A stretch of DNA of 64,000 nt from an uncultured Chloroflexia bacterium (GTDB lineage Bacteria; Chloroflexota; Chloroflexia; DTKN01). A program made the translations under genes and the position numbers. The stretch covers positions 78,565 through 142,564 of the forward strand of contig CAZTIG010000003.1 in the NCBI GenBank assembly GCA_964613665.1, in the 5' to 3' direction. The notes under the pieces were generated by a model that was not told where the DNA came from, did not search any database, and saw only the letters and a program-made list of their open reading frames with translations. Below, piece by piece: positions 10,057 to 16,125 of this stretch. Every line of letters starts with the position of its first letter. Positions within the stretch are counted from its first letter, which is position 1.

Positions 10057-10800
10057 TCACCAGCGCATCCCGACCCGGCGCTGGACTGTGGTTGTGGACT
10101 GGACATGCTGCAGCAGGGCCCGTTCGCGGCTTCCGGGGCGCTGCAGCCCCGCCTCGCGGGCCAGCCATTCGAAGCAGGGCTCGCCCTCGTCCAGCTGCTG
10201 CAGGACAAAGTGGTCATGTTTGACGACTGCCCAGGCGATCACCGCAAAGCCATGCCATTCAGGGCTGTTCATGGCCATGCGCAGGCACTCCTCGACCTGG
10301 GCAATCCTCTGGCCAGAGACATGGGTGGGACTGCGGCCGCGCAGCAGGGCGACCGCCAGCAGCGCGTACACCTCGCCGTCTCTGGCCCCCGCAGCCACGG
10401 CCTGGTTCAACAGGCTCTCGACCTGCACATAGGCCCGCTGATCGAGCAGCTCCCAGCTGCGCCTGACCACCTTGGACAGGCTGAGCCGGGGCCGCTCCGG
10501 GCTCGCCTGGACGATCACGTTGCCGTGGATGTTGGTCTGTGCACCAATCCGCACCGAGGAGTCGATCTCCTGCCGGCCGACGACGACGTCACCCTGGGTG
10601 GAAATGGCGGCGCTGCCCGCGGGCGCGGCAGCCTCCTCCCCTGGCAAGGGCACCGCGAAGGGCGTCCCGCAGTTGGCACAGAAGCGGATCCCTGCCGGAG
10701 CAGTCTCGTGGCAGACCGGGCAGCTCTGCACCAGGGGTGTCCCGCACTCGCTGCAGAACCGGCCGCTCGCCTCCGCACCGCATTTCGGACACCTGGCCAT
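10057..10800 (-). CDS. Double zinc-ribbon protein with a C-terminal alpha-helical domain
   Basis: MARCPKCGAEASGRFCSECGTP...CPVCHETAPAGIRFCANCGTP: two CxxC...CxxC ribbons. ATG 10798-10800 with GGAGA upstream. Confidence 0.65.
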   Translation of the reverse strand: MARCPKCGAEASGRFCSECGTPLVQSCPVCHETAPAGIRFCANCGTPFAVPLPGEEAAAPAGSAAISTQGDVVVGRQEIDSSVRIGAQTNIHGNVIVQASPERPRLSLSKVVRRSWELLDQRAYVQVESLLNQAVAAGARDGEVYALLAVALLRGRSPTHVSGQRIAQVEECLRMAMNSPEWHGFAVIAWAVVKHDHFVLQQLDEGEPCFEWLAREAGLQRPGSRERALLQHVQSTTTVQRRVGMRW

Positions 10801-10904
10801 CGCCGTCTCCCACACGCGCTCTTGCCCAGCGCCGGCCACAAGCACGCCGCTGCGACGCCCATTCCCGCAGGCAGCGACAAGTACCCTCTGGACCCGGCCG
10901 CGGG

Positions 10905-11552
10905 TCACTTGCCCTTGCGCATCTCCTCCTCGATGCGCTTGAGCCCCTCCTCGATACGCCGGTCCATCTCCGTGGAGCCGCTCGGGGCCGCCGGCTCGCC
11001 GGAGGGCTCGGGCACGGGCCCCAGCCCCTCCTCGCTCAGCTGCTTCTCCAACGATTTCACGGCCGCGCTCATGCTCTCCCCGCCCACCTCCTCCACGGAC
11101 AGGATCGTCTCCTCGATCCCCTCCAGCATGCCGTCCATCTCGCCCTCGAGGGCTTCGGCCTGGGCCAGGGCCTCGGCCAACTCCTGCTGCATACGGGCCA
11201 TCGCGGCGGGGTCCTTCTCCAGGATCGATTCGCTCATCGCGCTGACGGAGCGGGCAAACTCGACGAAGCAGCGGGCCTGGTCGCGCTGCGTCTCGACGAA
11301 CTCAAAGTTGAGCAGGCTGCGCTCCCACTTCTGGATCGCCTGCAGCGTCATCAGGTAGCGCCGGCCGATCAGATCGAACTGCCTGTCGCTGCCCAGGGCC
11401 TTGGCCTTCTTGGCCTGGTCCAGCAGCCTCTCGGCCAGACGCTTCTGGTTGGCGATGTGTCGGCGCAGGGCAATCTTGCCCTGGCGGGCCTTGACACTGC
11501 GCTCAAACTCCCTGCGCTGCTGTCGCTTCTCCTGCCATCCGCGAAGGACCAT
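10905..11552 (-). CDS. ESCRT-III/Snf7-superfamily-like coiled-coil protein (Snf7/PspA/Vipp1-type), copy 2
   Basis: 215 aa, basic N-terminus, long alpha1/alpha2 hairpin-type heptad region, acidic segment EGEMDGMLEGIEETI and a C-terminal amphipathic helix MDRRIEEGLKRIEEEMR. GGAGGAG RBS. Its start lies 12 nt below the AAA ATPase stop. Confidence 0.6.
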   Translation of the reverse strand: MVLRGWQEKRQQRREFERSVKARQGKIALRRHIANQKRLAERLLDQAKKAKALGSDRQFDLIGRRYLMTLQAIQKWERSLLNFEFVETQRDQARCFVEFARSVSAMSESILEKDPAAMARMQQELAEALAQAEALEGEMDGMLEGIEETILSVEEVGGESMSAAVKSLEKQLSEEGLGPVPEPSGEPAAPSGSTEMDRRIEEGLKRIEEEMRKGK

Positions 11553-11564
11553 CGTCTCCTCCGT

Positions 11565-12737
11565 TCAATCCAGAGCCCTGCGCCACTGCTCGAAGCGGCG
11601 CAGGTGTTCCGCGCTGGTCTCGGGCACCACATGGGCCAGGGCCGCCTCCCACTCCTGGCGGGAGATGGTCCCCACCTGCAACATGGCGCTGCTCAGCTCC
11701 TCCGGGCTCTTGCTGGCCAGGTCGCCCACGCCAGGGTTCATCCGCTGGACCATCTCCTTGATCGCTTCCTTGCACAGCCGGCTGATCTGCCGACCATTGC
11801 AGCCCGCGGTGCGCTCGGCCAGCTCCGCAGCAGGCACGGCACTGCGGTGCCCTTTTCCGGGGATCTCTAGCTCGAACAGCCGCTGGCGAGCGGCCTTGTC
11901 AGGCAGCGGGACATAGATCTTTTTCTCGAAGCGGCTGAGGATGGCCGGGTCCATTGCCCAAGGGATGTTGGTGGCGGCGATGGTCAGCACCAGGCGGGGG
12001 TCCTTTTTCTGGGCCAGCCCATCGAGCTCGGCCAGGAAGGTGCTGATGATGCGCGTCTCGGCTCCGCTCTGGGCCGCGTCGCGCGGGGGGGTCAGCGACT
12101 CGATCTCGTCCAGGAAGACCACCGCGGGGGCGTTCTCCCGGGCCGCCGTGTAGAGCGCGCTGACCAGCTTGGCCGACTCGCCAAAGTACTTGGAGAGGAG
12201 GTCGCTGACCCTGACGTTGAAAAAGGTCGCCTCCAGGCTGCTGGAGGTGGCCGCGGCCAGCATGGTCTTGCCCGTGCCCGGCGGCCCGTAGAAGAGGATG
12301 TTGCGCCAGCCCTCCACGACGACCCCCGCGGGCTTCTGGATGATGGCCATCACATAGGCCGTGCGGATCTCGTCCTTGGTATCCTCCAGGCCGGCGATGT
12401 CGGCCCACGTCACGGTGGACTTGTGGACCAGGTTGCTGACCGCGTCCTCGTACGCCTCGGGAGCAGTCTCACCACCCTCCTCGGGCGTCGGAGGAGCGAA
12501 CTTGCCGCTCTCCAGCTTCTCCGCCAGCTGGCGGTACTCCTGAGCCTTGGCCTGCCACGTCTTGACCAGCGCGGGCGACGACAAGTAGCGGACGTAGCGA
12601 TCGAGGTGGCTGGCGCACTCGCGGTAGGAAGCGGCCGCGTCGGCGTAGCGGCCCTTTTGCCGGCGCGAGCGGGCGCGCGCCAGGGCTTTCTGGTAGGCCG
12701 CATAGACCTGCCCGCTCAGATCGACTCCCATTGGCAT
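11565..12737 (-). CDS. MIT-domain AAA+ ATPase, Vps4-like
   Basis: N-terminal MIT-like helices (QVYAAYQKALARARS...YADAAASYRECASHLDRYV...KAQEYRQLAEKLESGK, cf. Vps4 ...KCTEYLDRAEKLKEYLK). Walker A GPPGTGKT, Walker B VFLDEIE, sensor-1/arginine-finger region. Lies between two ESCRT-III-like genes. Confidence 0.85.
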   Translation of the reverse strand: MPMGVDLSGQVYAAYQKALARARSRRQKGRYADAAASYRECASHLDRYVRYLSSPALVKTWQAKAQEYRQLAEKLESGKFAPPTPEEGGETAPEAYEDAVSNLVHKSTVTWADIAGLEDTKDEIRTAYVMAIIQKPAGVVVEGWRNILFYGPPGTGKTMLAAATSSSLEATFFNVRVSDLLSKYFGESAKLVSALYTAARENAPAVVFLDEIESLTPPRDAAQSGAETRIISTFLAELDGLAQKKDPRLVLTIAATNIPWAMDPAILSRFEKKIYVPLPDKAARQRLFELEIPGKGHRSAVPAAELAERTAGCNGRQISRLCKEAIKEMVQRMNPGVGDLASKSPEELSSAMLQVGTISRQEWEAALAHVVPETSAEHLRRFEQWRRALD

Positions 12738-12839
12738 GCTCGCTCACCTCGTGTCAGTCTGCGGAGCGTTGCATATTCAAAGTGACATCGCCCTGGGTGT
12801 TTCTTTCGTGCTGCTGTGACTTTGAATATGCGAAAGTCA

Positions 12840-13478
12840 CTAGATCTCCGCTTCCGGCTCTTCCGTCTTGGCCCGCAATGCCTCGTTCAATCGCTGCAGC
12901 CCGACCTGCTCGGCCGTCTCCGGGCTCTCCATCTCGGCCGCCTTGGCCTCCTCCATGGCCCGCATGATCTCGGTAATGTCCTTTTCCTCCTCGGGCGGGC
13001 CGACGAGCTTCTCGGTGTCCTCCAGCGTGCTCAGGACCTGCTGGAACTTTTCCATGTGGAACTGCCCCTCGACGGAGGCGCTCTCCACGTAGCGCTGCAG
13101 GGTAGCGATGTCCATGCGGCTGATGATGCTGGAGATGCCCAGCTGCTGCAGCAGCCGCTCGTTCTCCTTGATCTGGGTAAAGCCATTGACGATACGCAGC
13201 TGCTTGGAGACGAACTCGAGCTGGCGGTCCATGTTGTGGGCCTGGACGTCCAACTCCTTGATCTTGGTCGCCAGGATGCGCCGCTGCCGCTCCGAGGGCT
13301 CGTCCTTCCCGCGCAGGAACAGGGACTGCTTCTGTCGCTCCAGCTCCTCCACCTTGCGCGACATCTTGGCCTGCTCCTGCTCCAGGCGGATCTTTTCCAT
13401 GCGCAACTCGTCCGTGGTGATGCTGCCGAGGTTGCGCTTGCGCTGGAACAGCCCCTTGATGACGTCGAGCGTTCCCAT
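12840..13478 (-). CDS. ESCRT-III/Snf7-like protein, copy 1
   Basis: 212 aa. N-terminal GLFQRKRN (cf. CHMP LFGRRK) and an ITTDELRMEKIRLEQEQAKMSRKVEELERQKQ helical hairpin. Acidic C-terminus ending in LQRLNEALRAK, which matches the MIM1-type LxxRLxxL(K/R) MIT-interaction motif. AAGGAGG RBS. Confidence 0.7.
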   Translation of the reverse strand: MGTLDVIKGLFQRKRNLGSITTDELRMEKIRLEQEQAKMSRKVEELERQKQSLFLRGKDEPSERQRRILATKIKELDVQAHNMDRQLEFVSKQLRIVNGFTQIKENERLLQQLGISSIISRMDIATLQRYVESASVEGQFHMEKFQQVLSTLEDTEKLVGPPEEEKDITEIMRAMEEAKAAEMESPETAEQVGLQRLNEALRAKTEEPEAEI

Positions 13479-13507
13479 GGTTCAGCCTCCTTCTTGTCTT
13501 TGCTCAC

Positions 13508-14344
13508 CTACTGCAACGAGATCGTCCATCCGAGACCGGGTATGTCCTGCAGAACGTAGCGGCGCTGCTTGTCCTGGGACATTGTGCGAAGAGCCAGCAG
13601 GGCGGTCTCCTCAGAGACCTCCAGGGCCTCGCAGACCTGCTCCAGGGTCAGATGGCCCTGAAGCGAATCGCCAAGCATCGCCTTCACCCGCTCCCGTACC
13701 CAGGCGGCTTCCTCTGCCGGCAGCCGCGGGGCAAAGAGCGCCGCCAGGCGCGGCATGCGCGGATCCAGCGGATGGTAGTGGAAGGTAAGGTCGTGCAGGT
13801 CCACCAGGTACGGCAGGAGCAGCGGGTGGGTGAAGGCATCGCCGCCGGCCGCGGCGATGTAGGCCACGGCCCCCCTGTCCCAGCCGCTGGTCGAGGCCAG
13901 TCCCGCGGCCAAGGCGAACTCGGCCTGCTCGGCCTCCTGGGCGCGCTCCTGGATCAGCGGCAAGAGGTCGGCCACGGTGGCCGGCCGGCTGTCGCTGCCC
14001 TGGCGCAGGTGCGGCTCGAGATGGGAGAAGACGGTCGCCTCCAGGCAGAGCCCCTTCTCCCCGCGGCCGGCGGGGGGTATGATGTAGCGAGAGCTGGCGT
14101 TGAGGGGAATACGGCCGCGCTGCTCCGGCTCCAGGAAGCTGACGGAGAGGATCTCCATACAACGGCCGGCCTGGTCGCGCTGGAAATGACAGGTGTCCAG
14201 GGGAGGCAGTCGTACCGGGCGTCCGCTCAGGGGATGGGTCAAGGAAGCCGCCTGGCCCATCCGCTGGTCAAACCGGCCCAGGTAGGCCAGTTCGCGCTGA
14301 CGGGCTTCCAGAGCGGCGACGGTCCGCGCCGGGATCTTGGGCAT
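13508..14344 (-). CDS. Hypothetical protein, first gene of the operon; possible C-terminal winged-helix
   Basis: 278 aa with GC3-rich codon usage. AAGGAGG RBS 8 nt upstream. Consensus sigma70 promoter upstream. C-terminal LTLEQVCEALEVSEETALLALRTMSQDKQRRYVLQDIPGLGWTI resembles an HTH/winged-helix fold. Confidence 0.55.
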   Translation of the reverse strand: MPKIPARTVAALEARQRELAYLGRFDQRMGQAASLTHPLSGRPVRLPPLDTCHFQRDQAGRCMEILSVSFLEPEQRGRIPLNASSRYIIPPAGRGEKGLCLEATVFSHLEPHLRQGSDSRPATVADLLPLIQERAQEAEQAEFALAAGLASTSGWDRGAVAYIAAAGGDAFTHPLLLPYLVDLHDLTFHYHPLDPRMPRLAALFAPRLPAEEAAWVRERVKAMLGDSLQGHLTLEQVCEALEVSEETALLALRTMSQDKQRRYVLQDIPGLGWTISLQ

Positions 14345-14413
14345 ACCTCTGGCCTCCTTCGGTCCCTCCCAGGCCGGACCTGTCCGCAGGTGATCCGGCT
14401 CCAGTTCGCCTTG

Positions 14414-14442
14414 AGTATAGCATGAAAAGGGGGGAATTGCAA
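14414..14442 (-). promoter_or_regulatory. sigma70-type promoter for the minus-strand ESCRT-like operon (-35 TTGCAA, 17-bp spacer, -10 TATACT)
   Basis: Plus-strand ttgcaa at 14437-14442 and agtata at 14414-14419 (reverse complement TATACT), with 17 bp between them. Confidence 0.5.
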
Positions 14443-14462
14443 GGTGGTGTGGGGAATGGATG

Positions 14463-14491
14463 TTGCTTCCGATCAGGGCCCGTAGTATAAT
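14463..14491 (+). promoter_or_regulatory. sigma70-type promoter for the ECF sigma gene (-35 TTGCTT, 17-bp spacer, -10 TATAAT)
   Basis: ttgctt 14463-14468, tataat 14486-14491. Confidence 0.55.
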
Positions 14492-14621
14492 CCTGGTCAG
14501 AGGGAGGAGTGTGGAACATGTGCTTCCCTCCGCTATGGTGGCGGACGAAAGAACCGTGAGGAAGACCAGGGCAACTCGCTCTTGGTGAAGATGGGCCAGC
14601 CCAAACCGAAAGGAGCACGCG

Positions 14622-15320
14622 ATGCATTCCTCCTCTATCGCCGAGTTGGCTCGGCGCTGTGCGGAGGAAATGGCCCGCTATCAGCGCGAGCGCCACGGCG
14701 ATTCCTCCTCATGCTTCGAGCTATTCCGCCGGGCACTGGAGCAGGGAGATGACGAGGCCTGGGCCTCGATCTACAGCCAATATCATCGCCTGGTGCGTGG
14801 ATGGCTGGGCAAGGCTCTCGGCAAGTCGGACTTTCTGGTCAACAGGGTCTTTGAGCGCTTCTGGCGCGCGACGAGCCCGCAGGGGTTGGCCAGGTTCGCC
14901 AGCCTGGGCTCAATCCTCGAGTACCTGAAACGGTGTGCGATCAGCGAAGCGGGGGACGAAGGGCGCCGCCTGAAAAGGAGACAGCAGGAGGAGCAAGCCC
15001 TCCACCATGTCCACGCCGTCATGTGCCAGCTTGGAACAGAGTTCTCCCCAGAGCAGGTCGTCGACAGAGTCGCTCAGGAGGAGCTATTCACATGCGTTAC
15101 CCAAGCCCTGCACAGCGTGGAGGAGCGTCTTGTCTTTCGCGCCATGTTCGAGTGGGGTCTGAAGCCCCGGATGCTCGTCGAACGCTGGCCGGACACCTTT
15201 GAATCCCCTCCGCAGGTAAGCCGGATCAAGGCACGCATCCTCCGGCGTCTCGCACGTGACAAGGTGCTGCGCGATCTCCTGGGCTGGGGTGGACAGAATG
15301 GCGATATCGGGGTCGACTAG
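14622..15320 (+). CDS. ECF-type sigma-70 family RNA polymerase sigma factor
   Basis: Region-2-like FELFRRALEQGDDEAWASIYSQYHRLVRGW and region-4-like HTH (RLVFRAMFEWGLKPRMLVERW). AAGGAG RBS. Confidence 0.7.
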   Translation: MHSSSIAELARRCAEEMARYQRERHGDSSSCFELFRRALEQGDDEAWASIYSQYHRLVRGWLGKALGKSDFLVNRVFERFWRATSPQGLARFASLGSILEYLKRCAISEAGDEGRRLKRRQQEEQALHHVHAVMCQLGTEFSPEQVVDRVAQEELFTCVTQALHSVEERLVFRAMFEWGLKPRMLVERWPDTFESPPQVSRIKARILRRLARDKVLRDLLGWGGQNGDIGVD

Positions 15321-15345
15321 TCGTTCTATAGACTGCGAGGAGTGA

Positions 15346-16125
15346 ATGGTGAGCAGGGTCGCTGCTGGCGAGGTGCCAGAGGACGCAGAAGTCATGGACG
15401 ATGCGTGTGATAGACCAGGGCACATCCGGGCGGAAGATCTCATGGCCTTTGTCGACGGCACTGCCGACGAGGTGACCAGGGAACACATCCGCCACTGTCA
15501 CGCCTGCGCCCGCGAGGCGCAGGAAATGGCCACTCTCGAGGCCATCCTGTCGGCGGGACTGTACCGCTATTCCTGTCCCTCATTTGAGCAGCTGTATGCC
15601 TATCAGCAGGGCGAACTCGTCGACAGCGACTACCTGATCGTGAGTCGCCACGTGCGGCAATGCCCACACTGTGCCCAGGAGTTGGCCGCCCTGGCGCGAG
15701 AAGAGCGGAGGAGCCTTGGCGAACGTCTCCACGCGACGCTCCAGGTCATCAGTGCCAGGCCGATGGGCCTCCAGATACAGCCCGCCGGCGCCCGGGGTCA
15801 AGGCGCGGAAGACAGCCCCCGGCCGGAAATCTACGGGGCAGGCGAAGTGGAGCTCCTCGTGACACTGCGTCCGGCTGTGTTCCAGCCAGGAGAATATGAT
15901 CTCGCGGGGCTGGTCCACACAGGGGGCCAGGTCCCGCAGGCAGTTGGCACGGCGAAGGTTGAGCTCTATCGAGGCCAGGACCTGGTCGCCATCACCAGTG
16001 TCAGCCCCCGCGGCCAGTTCACCATCCTCGCGGTGGAGCCGGGCTGCTACGAACTCGTCCTTCTCTGGGAGCACCGCGAGATCCACCTCGAGGGGGTGCA
16101 AGTTGGACCCCAGAGATCTGGCTAG
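15346..16125 (+). CDS. Anti-sigma factor, zinc-binding (ZAS-type HxxxCxxC) with a C-terminal domain
   Basis: REHIRHCHACAREAQEM and HVRQCPHCAQE motifs. Immediately downstream of the sigma gene. GAGGA RBS. Confidence 0.6.
   Translation: MVSRVAAGEVPEDAEVMDDACDRPGHIRAEDLMAFVDGTADEVTREHIRHCHACAREAQEMATLEAILSAGLYRYSCPSFEQLYAYQQGELVDSDYLIVSRHVRQCPHCAQELAALAREERRSLGERLHATLQVISARPMGLQIQPAGARGQGAEDSPRPEIYGAGEVELLVTLRPAVFQPGEYDLAGLVHTGGQVPQAVGTAKVELYRGQDLVAITSVSPRGQFTILAVEPGCYELVLLWEHREIHLEGVQVGPQRSG

Noticed and set aside
14500-14560. Possible hairpin (gagggaggag…cttccctcc) in the 5' UTR of the ECF sigma gene
   Set aside because: The arms are not truly complementary (GGGAGG vs CCCTCC does not pair as written, and loop/arms are mismatched). 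It is probably just a purine-rich RBS-like stretch.
15896-16102. Track start (15896) for the TPR-CHAT ORF
   Set aside because: The first ~70 codons overlap the anti-sigma gene and are S/R-rich junk. The plausible start is TTG 16103 or ATG 16211.
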